Assembly: GCF_006345805.1 (NCBI RefSeq)
Contig: NC_043003.1
Span: 32,860,001-32,924,000, forward strand
Source of the DNA: Octopus sinensis
Lineage: Eukaryota
Reading direction: 5' to 3'
DNA length: 64,000 bases
Shown in pieces: positions 50,521 through 63,829 of the stretch (positions are counted from its first letter, which is position 1; every line of letters starts with the position of its first letter). A program made the translations under genes and the position numbers. The notes beneath the pieces were generated by a model that was given only the letters and a program-made list of their open reading frames with translations, had not been told where the DNA came from and made no database searches.

Positions 50521-51047
50521 TAGCACAACGTTTATGATGCATGCGCTCTCGAATGCTCTAATCCGCTTGACAGAGTGTACGTCCTTTCTTACGTCAGCCA
50601 GGGCTTTCTTAACTCCATTTTTTGGACGCTAACTATGTTTTCATAACAGACACCCGTCATATTTCTCCTGCTCTTTTCTTGAATAAAATCCTCGAGAAAA
50701 AACGTATTTTTGCTTGCAGCATATGGTAGTCACATATCCTTTTTCAGGAGAAAATATTATTTGGTACTTAATGGCCTACAAACAGCCTGTCAATCGCATC
50801 CGTCTATCGTCATCCATTATTTCGTCAATTGTGTGCTTCCGTTTATGTACCAGCTTATGTTATTTTCTTTCTATTCGGTCTGTAGAACCAACTAACGCAG
50901 AGGAAACTCTGGAATAATATTCAAGTTTATAAGCCAAAATTACATACATACATATATACACATATACATACATACATACATATATACATACATACATACA
51001 TACATACATACATACATACATACATACATACATACATACATACATGA

Positions 51048-51113
<66 letters not shown>

Positions 51114-51147
51114 CATACATACATACATACATACATACATACATACA

Positions 51148-51179
<32 letters not shown>

Positions 51180-51383
51180 AAGATAGAGAATTAATATATA
51201 ACCTGCTTTATGAAACAATATATGTATGTATGTATGTATGTATATATGTATTAATGCATGCATATGTATGTGTATATGTATGTACGTATGTACGCATCTA
51301 TATATATGTGTGTGGCATAATTTTTATCCATATATATATATTTCTCTTTCTATTTATCTACCTACCTATATATATATGGTATG

Positions 51384-51454
<71 letters not shown>

Positions 51455-51632
51455 ATACATGTGTGTGTGTGGTGTGCGTTTTGCATGTATGTCGATGCTC
51501 CCATCAATTCTACCATCTACCCATCATACGTATTTCACAGTTTGGTGAACACGGCTATTAGGGAGTGAAGAATGCTGGTTATCGCCAGACCAGAATGCAA
51601 CGTATTGAAGTATAAACTGCAGACTTTTCATC

Positions 51633-51666
<34 letters not shown>

Positions 51667-53206
51667 GTAGATATGCATACATATACACGCATATATATGT
51701 GTGAATGCGTGTGTGTATATATAATATTTTTGTGGTTTTGCTGTCTAAATATGGCGAATTTAATAAAGTTCCATACAATTTATTTTAAGTAATGCTTAGT
51801 TTCAGATACCATTTTTATCGTAGGCAATTTATGTTGTGTCGGAAAGAGAATAATCGTGATTAGAATTTTATTCAAGGTGTGAATGGCAAACATTTATATT
51901 TTTCATACAGTTCTTGTTTTTGGCCTCTAGCCAAAATTGTCTTGGTCTGGGAAGACTTTCGATAATCAAATTCAACAGCTCCTGAAAAGTAAGTTGCTAA
52001 ATAAATTTTGGTTTTAAACATTAACTTAAATATATTTTCATTACGTATTTTCGTGTGTATGTGTGTGTGTGTGTGTGTTTTTTTTTGTGAAAACAATTTA
52101 CTACCTGTTATATAGATCGAACCCCTTGTTTCTAAAAGTGTATACTTACAGGTATTTTAGTGTAAGACTGTTTCATGTGCGTATATGAATTTAATTCTAG
52201 CGTGGCTATCTTTCGCACAAATAAGTAAATGCGTTGCTTTTCGATTTCTATATCATTACAACTAATTTCTAGCTCAGGTGATAAGTCTCGGATACACGTT
52301 ACTGAGGAGGCAAAATAAGGTCAAAACACCGTGTCTGGCGATCCATCGGCGTTTAGAGCGAAGTCCTGTGTATTTAACACAATAGTGTTTCTCTGGGTTG
52401 AACTTTTACAGCTAGTGCCGCTCCACGTTTGTATACACACTATAAATGCCTATAGACAGCTGTATTTTAATCTAAGAACGTTTCAAGTGCGTAATTATTC
52501 TAGAAATGAACTAACACAGATAATGAACTTAAATTAAACATTCTACAATAAAAGGAAGACCGAATCCGCCTTTAAGACTTTCTTTATTGATTAACATTAT
52601 ATGCAACCTCATGATAATTAGAGAAAGCTGTTCATGAAGATTAACAAGGCTTGCCATGTTTTGTCGTATTTTATATCACAGTTTTATGTTGAATAAATCA
52701 TTTAAATAAGATATTTTTCAATTGCACCACAATTTATTCAACATTAAACTATAACATACACTGTTATTACTTTGAATTCTCTGAGATGCCTTGTAATGAT
52801 GGAATAAACATCGGTCGCCTGAAAGAAGATTTTATTGAGGAGAAAAACATTAAATATCGCTCGTATAATAACGTTCTATAAGATCGGGTTCTTTAACTGC
52901 GATTTCATTAGTTGATGAGAAACTAAAAGTATCTTGTAGAGTATGTTGATCTCTCAGAAGTAACGTTCCACAGATAAGCTGATACCCGTTACTTTGCTAC
53001 ATAAACTAAAGTAGTTAGAATAACATGTTTACATTAGAGACAAATATGACACTCCTGCAGAGAGTTACTAACTTCTGACCTATTGAACAACAAACAATGA
53101 GGGAATGTATTCGATCGCTTTACGAGAAATAGTAGCAATGTACCCTAAAATCAACATCAGTGCTTTTAAAAGGTAGAGGCATGTCGGATACTGTAGTTCT
53201 AGATTA

Positions 53207-53771
53207 TTGGGTTGTCCAGAAAGCTCGTGCCGATTTATAGTAGCTTACCTTTCGACTTATTTTAGAACATGTTTGAGTCCATAAAATAGGATTTGACTAC
53301 ACCTCCATTTAGCGCATAGTTTAAGCTATCTTTTTGTGGAAGAAGGTTTATGTTCCTATAACCTGTGTTAATTCCGTAACCCTTTAAAATGGAAGATAAG
53401 AAGGTTCATTTTCGGCACTTGATTCTTTGGGAACCAGACAAAAATTGGGGCCTCTCGGCTGGGATGTGTTACCTCACCCTCCATATTCACCAGATATTGC
53501 TCCTTCGGATTTCCACTTATTCAGGTCTCTGCAGAATAGTCTTAATGGTAAAAATTCAATTCCTTGGATGACACAAAAAGATACCTTGATGGATTCTTTG
53601 CCATGAAACCCTCTCAATTCTGGGAAGAGGATATTTTCAAGTTAAAGGAAAGGTGGAGACGCATTGTGCAACAAAATGGTTCATACTTGGTCGATTAAAA
53701 ATGTAATGGCAAGTATTTATTGAATTTGTTCTTTCTTTTAAAAATCGGCACGAACTTTCCGGACAACCCAA
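53207..53771 (+). mobile_element. Internally deleted mariner with 30-bp TIRs and TA TSD
   Basis: TA|TTGGGTTGTCCAGAAAGCTCGTGCCGATTT ... AAATCGGCACGAACTTTCCGGACAACCCAA|TA; MEDKKVHFRHL joined to GWDVLPHPPYSPDIAPSDFHLFRSLQN. Confidence 0.93.
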
Positions 53772-54190
53772 TAGGTTGGATGGCTTTACTTGGAGCGCAT
53801 TTATTCATGAGCCTGCCTGGTTAAGGATAGCCTACAGCTAAATAACATCAAGAACACAACAGACGTTACGATATCAATGTTTAAATAACTCATTTAACTT
53901 TTTTATTACTGGTTGCTTTTGTAAAAGAAAACCTGACACTCGGAATTTTCCAGTTTCAGTTTCTTTCAGTTGAGATCACTAAGATCCTACCGGCGAACAT
54001 ATTGAGCTGTTTCCTACATTTCATCATATTTTATGTTAACACAAAATATCGGTTGCATATTTTGGCATGAGGTCAATGTTATCACAAATATACTGACAAT
54101 TACAGTTCTATATTTAAGAGATGAGGAATTATGTACGTTATTTACATTATTTACATTCGACGGATATTTGTCCTCATCTTGTTTGTTGTT

Positions 54191-54236
54191 AACACAACGT
54201 TTCGGCTGATATACCCTCCGGCCTTCTTCAGGTGTC
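54191..54236 (-). ncRNA. Minimal PLE-type hammerhead ribozyme candidate
   Basis: GACAC-CTGAAGA-A-GGC(14-nt loop)GCC-GAA-ACGT-T-GTGTT: intact core, 5-bp helix I, palindromic ACGU helix III, GUU triplet. Confidence 0.7.
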
Positions 54237-54322
54237 TTGGGGGAAATTTCGAACCTGAGTTCTCATTCCTATGGTATTTTTCGATGTTATTATTATTATC
54301 ATCATCATCATCATCATCATCA

Positions 54323-54385
<63 letters not shown>

Positions 54386-54473
54386 GTGTTGTTGTTGTTG
54401 TTCAGATCACTGCTTGGAATCGAACTCGGAATATTGGGGTTAGTAGCCCGCGCTCTTAACCACTATGGGCATA

Positions 54474-54540
54474 TGGCATAGTGGTTAAGAGCGCGGGTTA
54501 CTAACCCCAAGATTCCGAGTTCAATTTGAAGCAGTGTCCT
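54474..54540 (+). promoter_or_regulatory. tRNA-derived Pol III internal promoter (A/B boxes); mirror copy on the minus strand at 54405-54467
   Basis: A box TGGCATAGTGG (54474-54484); B box GTTCAATTT (54519-54527, degenerate); the mirror arm has a perfect GTTCGATTC (54426-54418). Confidence 0.75.
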
Positions 54541-55640
54541 GAACAACAACAACAACAACAGCAGCAGCAACAACAACAACAATAACAACATCAACAATAA
54601 TAATAATCATAAATATAATACTACTAATAATAACAACATCGAAAAAATACCTTAGGAATGAGAACCCAGGTTCGAAATTTCTCCAAGACACCCGAAGAAA
54701 GCCGAAACGTTGTGTTAACAACAAACAAGATGAGGACAAATATCCGTCGAATGTAAATAATGTAAATGATGTATACTGTCAGTTAGTTAAACGATTACTA
54801 CTGGGACTAATTAAACCCCAATAAAATTTATTCGGAGATAAATTCTTGGAGTCCTATACAGAAATAATGCACACGATTCTCAGACCATAGCGAACGAGTC
54901 TAGATACCAGATTTTTATAAATGGTTTAGTTATCGGAAGACTCGTAGCGCTCAGGACCTTTCAAGTGGTCGAAAAAGAAGTAACTTTGACACCTGAAACT
55001 TGAATTAGAATACCTGCAATGGTGTGGATTCTACTAAAGGTATCCAAGAGGCTAGATGGTGGAGTATCAAACCGGGTAACAAGGAACAGATTACGTCTAC
55101 CATCAAATAAGAAGAACTATCTATCCAACAGGTTTTTTTTCATGTTTTCAGTCGATCAGATTTAATTACAATGATTTTGGTCAATTTAAGGAGGTGATAT
55201 TAGATGGCACTTACCAAAAGTACCATGTACTGAGATTGATCCAGAAACAGAATAGCTACAAAGCGAATATCTTACACAGACCTACGCTTAAAAAAAAAAA
55301 GAAAGAATTTATACAACTCTTCCAAGGCTTGAATTGAACTCTTGTATTTCAGAGCAAAATTTTTCTCTAGTGACGCGGCAGTTATCCTTCACGGTTAGAT
55401 TGATTGAGGCATGAAAAAGAAAATGTCCTGCGCAGAGATATATGAAAATGTCTGGTTGCAGATTAAAAATTATTGACTCAACTAAGCTGGTAAATCAATA
55501 CCTCAGCCACTCAACTATTTAAGCGAACCAGGAACATACATATTAGCTTTGATTCATAAATATTAGTACACATTTATACACACATCATACGTACACACAT
55601 TCATTCACACACACACAGACAGACAGACAGACACACACAT

Positions 55641-55682
<42 letters not shown>

Positions 55683-56917
55683 CACACACACCACAGAAAT
55701 ACAATACCTAGAATCATGCATCACTTTACTCACACACATTCACAAACACACAAATACATATTTCCAGATTCATGCATCACTCTTTGTCTTCTCTTTATCC
55801 GCTTCTTTTTCTCCCCCTCTCTCTCTCTCACTCTCTCCTCTCCCCCTCTCTCTCTCTCACTCTCTCCTCTCCCCCTCTCTCTTACACAAACACACACATA
55901 CACACACATGCACACACGCCTACACACACACAGGCACGTGCTCAGTAGTTATACACGGAAGCATACACGTGTATATGAGCGAGTAGAGGCGCACAAGAAA
56001 ATGCGCGCACGTGCGCTGTGTTTCCTTCTTCCGGCAATGACACGAGGCAAATGGCCTCTGGTCCTCGTGATCAGCCATTAAAATTTTGCTAGCTTGATCA
56101 TTTCGTTTGGTGTATATTGTTTGTGTTCACTAGCAATGGTTTGTCTGCTCGCTAGTGACTTCTGTTAGAATGTATGTTGCCGTGTGTGTGTGTGTGTATT
56201 TGTGTGTGTGTGTGTATTTGTGTGTGTGTGTGTGTGTGTGTATTTGTGTGTGTGTGTGAATGAGTGAATGTATGTGAGCGTATGTGTGAGTGTGTGTATA
56301 CGTATGTGTGTGTATACGTATGTGTGTGTGTATACGTATGTGCGTGTGTGTGTACGTATGTATGTATGTGTGTGTGTGTATATGTGTGTGTGTGTGAGTG
56401 AGTGTTATGTGTATAAGGATGTGTGTGTGTGTGTGTGTGTATGTGTGTGAATGAACGATGCTTGCTTAGTGCTGGATTAGTTGGCAGCGAAAGGAAATTC
56501 AGTCAAACGCTGGCCAAACGCATTTCCTTTGACCTATTGACTCAGCATTAGTAAACGACACACGACTTAACAGCACGCAATTGGTTCCAGGAGATTCAGC
56601 GTACACCTTCATTAGATGGTTTGGCAGCTTTTGCATCTAGACTATAGAGGCATAACGGATAATAGAGTCTTCTCTTTCTCATTTTCTTTCATATCCCTTC
56701 AGCGTACTCTCTGTTCCCTCTATAATTTTATCAACATACAAATTACACCGCAATACACACGCACATACATAATCATTTTCAAGCACACGCACACACACAC
56801 GCGCGCGCACACACACACGCGCGCGCACACACACACACTCACACACACACACACAGATAATACTCGAGCACACATGCATATGTTTGTATGTATGCATGTA
56901 TGTATGTATATATGTAT

Positions 56918-57350
<433 letters not shown>

Positions 57351-57417
57351 TGTCTATCGATTTGAATGTCTGTCGGTCTATCTATCTATGCAAATATATA
57401 TATATATATATATATAA

Positions 57418-57457
<40 letters not shown>

Positions 57458-57637
57458 GTGTGTGTGTGTTGTGTGTGTGTTGTGTGTGTGTTGTATGTGC
57501 ATGTATGTGTGTGTGCGCGTGTGTGTGTATTGCATGTGCATGTGTGTGAGTGTGAGTGTGCGTGTGTGTTTGCGCGCGCACGAATCTGCATATAAGTGTA
57601 CATCGCTGATCTCGTATAGAGAAAAACAACTTGTTTG

Positions 57638-58047
57638 AAATCTCTGAGTAAGAGATATACAGTAACACTACGAAATAGTAATATTTATATGCCAACAGAG
57701 GGTGGCAGTCCTACAGAGGGCGATGTTACTGTTGTTATAGCCTCAGAAAAACATATTTTCCAGCTAGCTATCGACACACAGCTTGTGTCCGTATAGTATT
57801 CGCAAAGGAGGCCATCGCTCCCATCTCTAGCCTTACATAATACACTCAGACCCGGGTTTCTAGGTGGTTACCTGTCATCAGTGTGAAATAATCACAGGCT
57901 AGTGACAAAAGATTTCTCCATTTGTAAATGCTATATAATTTTTAAGCGATGCGCAGTCGCTGAAATCGTATATAGCACTGCCGCGTTCTGGGGCATATAA
58001 ACATTACTATTTCATACTGTTACTGTATATCTCGCATTCAGAGATTT
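57638..58047. repeat. 'Family D' repeat with ~78-bp terminal inverted repeats
   Basis: aaatctctga.t..gagatatacagtaaca.ta.gaaatagtaat.tttatatgcc at 57638-57715 is mirrored at 57971-58047; 57640-57810 is also similar to 63830-64000. Confidence 0.7.
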
Positions 58048-58056
58048 AATAACCTC

Positions 58057-58330
58057 AAGGCGCATCCCTTAGCTCGGCGTTGTTCGCCGTCCGCCCGTCG
58101 CGTTCGCGCGGCGAGCGGCAGCGTCGCCGGCGGAATTGCCATCCGGGGACGCGGCGGCGGCGGCGTCCGCACCGTCGACGTCTGCTCGTCGTCCCACCCC
58201 GACTAGTTCGAAGAGATCGAGACGAAAGTGGCCTGCTCGCTTAGCCAGCGGGGTGGCGTCATTTGAAGGCTAAAAACAACGCAAAGCGCATTGTGACCAG
58301 CGATGTGTAGCAGCATCTGATTGCCTGGTC
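58057..58330. other. CpG-dense GC-rich island of unknown origin
   Basis: 93 of 120 bases are G/C in 58081-58200 (hand count), in AT-rich surroundings; no convincing ORF. Confidence 0.8.
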
Positions 58331-58337
58331 GGTCACG

Positions 58338-58385
<48 letters not shown>

Positions 58386-58389
58386 TATA

Positions 58390-59626
58390 CAGGTCAGCTT
58401 GCGAGGGATAAATTGTAGCTATGTTATATTTTATATTTCACGCATGCGCATTGTTTGCTTTTGATTTTGTTTGCTACACAGTAGAGTGGGGTCAGCTGTG
58501 AGAAAGCCAGCATCATGACACAGTTCATTCTGCCAGAGATTTGGAAACGACATACTGTACTGCTTGTCATTCACGCCGGAAGATCCAAAACAAACATTCT
58601 GAGTGCAGTGCAGAGGATTCGGAAAAAGTTGGATGAGTCTAATGGTGAATATGAATGTACGGTAGCTCGGAAAATTCATTCAGATCGTTCTGATAAGAAA
58701 AGAACTCCTAAATTTGTTGGTGAGATCCAGGCCATGATTGATAACGATCTCTCCAAGTCAATTAGGGACCAGGGACATGAGAGTGTCGGAGTTTCTTATC
58801 AGGCAGGTAATGCATGAAAACATTTGTTATTCCTCATAAAGATGAGAAAGGGCTACTTTTTTTTTTATCCCATGTCATCAAGGACAATTGGAAAGACCGC
58901 TCTACGAAACTTTTGAACACACTCAAGCATCCCCTCTGACCGAACACGCTTTGGCTTTACTCAGACGAGAAAAATTTCTGTCAGGATCAGATGGTGAACA
59001 CACAGAAAAGCAGTTGGTTTGCCATGTCCCCAAACCATGTACCGAGAGTGATAAAAATGAAACAGTCAGTTAACATCATAGTGTTTGGAGCGATCACTAC
59101 TGATGGTGACGTTATGCCTCCATTCATCTTCCCACACAACCTCATACTGAGCAAGGAGGCCTACATCAAGTGCCTGGAGGAGATAGTGCTGCTCTGGGTT
59201 AAGAGGATGGCTGTTGGAAGGCCCTATGTCTAGCAACAGGACTCTGCACCATGCCACACAAGTAGGAGAACCGAGTCATATCTATCAAACAATTTCTGCG
59301 ACCACATCACCCATTACATCTAGCCACCTAACTCCCAAGACTGCAAGCCCCTTGATTATTATGTGCGTGGCGCAGTTGGGCGAGAGACCAATACAGCAAC
59401 TTGTAATACCAAAGATGGACTGAAGGATTATGGCAGCATTCACAGATTTAAATAAGATGAGCGTGCAGAAGAGTTGCAGGAGATTCCGAAGTGGTCTGGA
59501 GTCCGTGACTGAAACCAATGGCGATTTTATTGAATATATTTACTATTTAGTATTTCATGATATTTTCATGTACTCAGTGATATTTTCATTTTTGCGTAAT
59601 TTAGACAATTAATTCACCGCACCGTG
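58390..59626 (+). mobile_element. DD37D (maT) transposon, near full length, pseudogenised
   Basis: TA-flanked degenerate TIRs; MTQFILPEIWKRH start; YSDEKNF; QQD-SAPCH...DCKPL-DYY with 37 residues counted between the Asps; stops and frameshifts. Confidence 0.9.
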
Positions 59627-59775
59627 TATATTTAACTTATATGCTCACATTTATCTTCGTCTTAATATTTATAACACATCAATGCAGACTGATACGATTT
59701 TACGCGTGTTGCTGCCTATCTATCTATCTATCTATCTATCTACTATCTATCTATCTATCTATCATCTATCTATCT

Positions 59776-59818
<43 letters not shown>

Positions 59819-59937
59819 GTGTCTATCCCTGTGTGTGTGTATATATATATAATGTATATGTGAATATATATATATATATATATACATACATATACACATA
59901 TTTATACATATATATACATATATACATACATACATAT

Positions 59938-59984
<47 letters not shown>

Positions 59985-61439
59985 AGTATATAAATATAGA
60001 TAGATATCAAAACTTGCTGATAGGTTGTTGTACAATTGTACAAACACTCATCTATCTATCTCTGTAGATATATACATGTATAAGTCTATCTATATGTATA
60101 CACACATGCATATACATGCATATTTTTGCCTGCATATATTCATAACACAGGCACACACATTTATAACGGTTTTAATATTTATAAGACACATTTGTCCAGA
60201 TTGATACGATTCAAAGCAGGTGACCATCAATCTGAGTGATAGCTGGTTGTACGATTTGATATACTGGAATTAAGAAGGCTACTGTCTTCTAACCTGTAGA
60301 ATATCGTCGTCACAGATTTCAAAACTGAAAAACTTATTAAAAATTGCCTGATGTTCTTAGCAGCCCATAAAAATAACCAGTGCTTTATGAACTCTTAAAT
60401 TATGTTGTATTCCTGATTAGGATCGCTATTAACAAGAACACATTGCAGTTAGTTGATATATAATATGCTGGGATATATTACGTGACGCATTACCTGATCG
60501 TCAGAGCACACCTGTGGGAGGTGTTCTATAATAAACATCATAACAGATTTATGAAAATACCTGGTCCTTAACAGGGTAGCTGATTTAGCGCTTGATCTAG
60601 TTTTCTTCTATCTTTTCAGATATTGCTTAACTCATGTATATTGCAAACTTTAATGATTTTGTACTCCTGCTGATACGTTTGTAAAGCATCGAGTTAATGC
60701 ATCAATGTTGATTGTTTCACGGCTCTTTTCAGCAATACTAACTTTACTTCTGCTTCATGGGCCTTTTCCAATTATCAGGAATAATAGTAATGTACCAGAC
60801 TGTGCACACATGAAATTGAATTAACTATAACCGACAGAGAGAAGAAAATCTACATCAAATGGCAGAGAAGCCATAGACTTCGAACGAAGTAATGATGTGT
60901 GGCAAAAAGAATCGTCTTGTTAGTTCAGATGTAAGAATGGTAAATAGAAAAGAGAATGGTTAAGAAGGGCTTTCAAGATGTGGTATGTGTACGTAGTGGT
61001 GGGAAGAAAAGATTATGATTAAAGTTATTAACAAGACTAAAGGAGAGAATGTTCAGAGCAACGCGATACAAAATAATGTCAGTTGAATTGGAACACTCTA
61101 AAAACAGAAAGGAGTGTAGGAGGAGATAAGTAATTGCTTACCAAACTGTTTGGAGTATTGAAAAACAAGGTAGCACGATAGTGGGCCGCGGAGTTGTTGC
61201 ATAAATGTTGAGAGTAATGAAAAATAATTTGTTCTGGGAAAAAGAAATAAGTTTAGAGGACGGAATTAGTATAATGCAAACCATAAAATGTGTAAAGAAT
61301 CAAGAAAGCAAATGATGTGCTAATCGACTCATAAAAGCATGTTCTATGCGGAACGGTCATAATTTTAGTTTTTAAAGCTGTTAAAGCTTATCTGGGTTTC
61401 CCTGGGGACAGGATTTCGGACCCTCCCTATCACTAAATA

Positions 61440-61476
<37 letters not shown>

Positions 61477-61487
61477 TACATACATAT

Positions 61488-62082
61488 AGAGAATGCGATG
61501 GGTAAATTGTCGCCAAGTTATATCTTTAATTTCGCACATGTGCATTGCTTGTTTTTGATTTTATCGAATACACAGTATGGTAGGATCAGTTGGGCACCGT
61601 CTGTGAGAAAAACACCACAAATCTGGAAATTTGGATACGACATGCTGTACTGCTTGGTGTTCGCGCCGAAAGATCCAATAGAAACATTTCAGAGCGTTTG
61701 GATGTCAGTCTGGAGATATGTACAGAAATCAAACATCCAGTTAACATCATAGTGTTTGGAGTGATCACTAGTGTTGACGACGTTATGCCCCCATTCATCT
61801 TCCCACACAACCGCAAACGCAACACGGAGGCCTACATCATGTACCTGGAGGAGGTAGTACAGCCTGGGTCAAGGGGGTGACTGCTGGAAGGCCATATGTG
61901 TGGCAACAGGACTCTGCACCACGTCACACAAGCAGGATAACCCAGTCATGTCTGTCAAACAATTCCTGCGACCACATCACCCATAACATCTAGCCACATA
62001 ACTCCCAAGACTGTAACCCCTCTTGATTATTATGTGGGGGCGCAGTTGAGCGAGAGAGCAACAAAACTCCTTGCAACATCAC
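61488..62082 (+). mobile_element. Internally deleted, 3'-truncated copy of the 58390 DD37D family
   Basis: Same 5' end (ggtaaattgtcgcc..), deletion junction near 61725, RPYVWQQDSAP..CNP.DYY. Confidence 0.85.
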
Positions 62083-62272
62083 TTCCTTCCTAAAGGCAAG
62101 ACGTGCTTTTATCTGTCTCTTCTCAAAGCTCTAAAGTGCAGTACCGTGGATGGCGCCAGGTAACCATGTGTAGTGAACGTGCTCTGAAGGCATACTACTA
62201 GGAACATACCCATAAAGGGTTTCGATACTACATTTTAATATCTCCTATCGAAACTTTAATTTTAAACATAAC

Positions 62273-62350
<78 letters not shown>

Positions 62351-62639
62351 AATGTGTGTGTGTATATAAAAATATCGTGTACATAAAAACACATTAAGAG
62401 GCTTTTTACTGAAATTAGTTAGAAACCATGGTCTAGGAACTAAATTAGATGGTAAACGTTTTTATTTTCAATCCTTTCGAGAATTTATCCCTAATTAGTG
62501 GTTTGAGTTTTCTGCTGCTCTTTCTTGAATAATCGTGATGAAATAAATCATAGACTAAAATAATGTTTTCAGAAATAATTAACTATAGCTCATGATTGGG
62601 ATCTCATAAAGGATTGCAATAAAGTTCGAAAGGACGCTT

Positions 62640-63620
62640 GCAGTTTTATTTCAAAGTTCCAGAGACAACCCTGGCTGAAATCCTACCTGTTGGGCATTAA
62701 GAGTTGCTCTTCTGTTGGCAATGTCTTCCTAAACCCTTTTCCTGACTGCACCACAAGCTTTCATAATGAATTCCTCATCAATGTCCTTTTCCCACATCCT
62801 ACGGGAGGAGGTTTTGAGGGCTTGCCGGTTACTCTGGGCTTCTCACGAGCTTTTCAGTCCAGTTCATTCCAGATGCTTGGGTCTATAGGGTTCAAATCAG
62901 GTGATGAAAGAGACCAAGTGTCCTTATCCCAAAACCTGTCCCAAAATTTATCCACCGCACCTGTGTCACGAGTTTCGACTTGCTGGAACGTAAGCTTAAA
63001 GTCCTTAACGCTCTTATTTGTGGTTTCCCTCGTCTCTTGCCTCAAAATATTCAGAAAGAATCCAGGTCTTTACGTCTTTCTAAACCTGAACATAGCAAAC
63101 TCCTGTCAGTCTCCTATCCTTCTCAACCATGATCAATAGCATCTTCTTGCCATCAGAATCCATGCAGGCAAAACTCATTACCTTGATAGGGGGATTTTTC
63201 CACCTGAAAATGTCATTTTTCTCTCCTGTCAGTTGATTCTGTTTGTGTGCTTATATTGAGTGAAATTCTTATCTGTTTAAAAGATCACTCAATTTGTTCA
63301 AGATGATCTTTGCCCTCTCCAGTCTTCTAACATTTTGTCCTGGAGTAACACGATGCCTCACAGGTTTCACGTACGATTTCATTTTCATGTTTTCTGTGAT
63401 CGCTCATTGAGACTCCAAGCGCCTTATGGATTAAGTCGGATCCCTTCTGATTGCTATTTTCAGCTCCAGATTGAAATGATGATCCCTTTGCGAATATGAC
63501 CTTCTGATCCAGTTTTCCCCTCCACTGTTCCCTCTTTCTCAAACTTATTCACAATTCTTTTAACAGTTCTTGAAAGTACTTTTAAAGATAGAAGTCATTC
63601 AGAGAATGATTGTTGGTATC
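62640..63620 (-). pseudogene. Third Tc1/mariner (maT-like) transposase remnant
   Basis: TVKRIVNKFEKEGTVERKTGS; LERAKIILNKL; LTFQQ..FWDKDTWSLSSPDLNPIDPSIWNEL. Confidence 0.7.
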
Positions 63621-63829
63621 GTCACTGAAGGTTTGGATTATCTTAGCTCTCTCAACTTTACTTCGTCGGCAAGATATGGTGAGGTTGGCACAAAACGATT
63701 TCAGCCTGTCTTCCTTCTAGCTAAATATCTCTAAGGGCATTTTACTGATTCTTAGAAAAGCTGGTGTCAGTATGGCCGTAGATCTTATCCGGAAAACATG
63801 GAAAATAGCAAATATATACAATAATAAAT

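Larger units (their letters stand above)
54132..54775. mobile_element. Palindromic head-to-head dimer of a tRNA-headed, (AAT/AAC)n-bodied, hammerhead-tailed element
   Basis: Arms 54132-54467 and 54477-54775 are reverse complements (microsatellite lengths differ) around a 9-nt centre (ggcatatgg). Confidence 0.9.

Noticed and set aside
56460-56640. Possible enhancer (TGACTCA, TTGGCA sites) between microsatellites
   Set aside because: Single short motifs are expected by chance; there is no homotypic clustering or other support.
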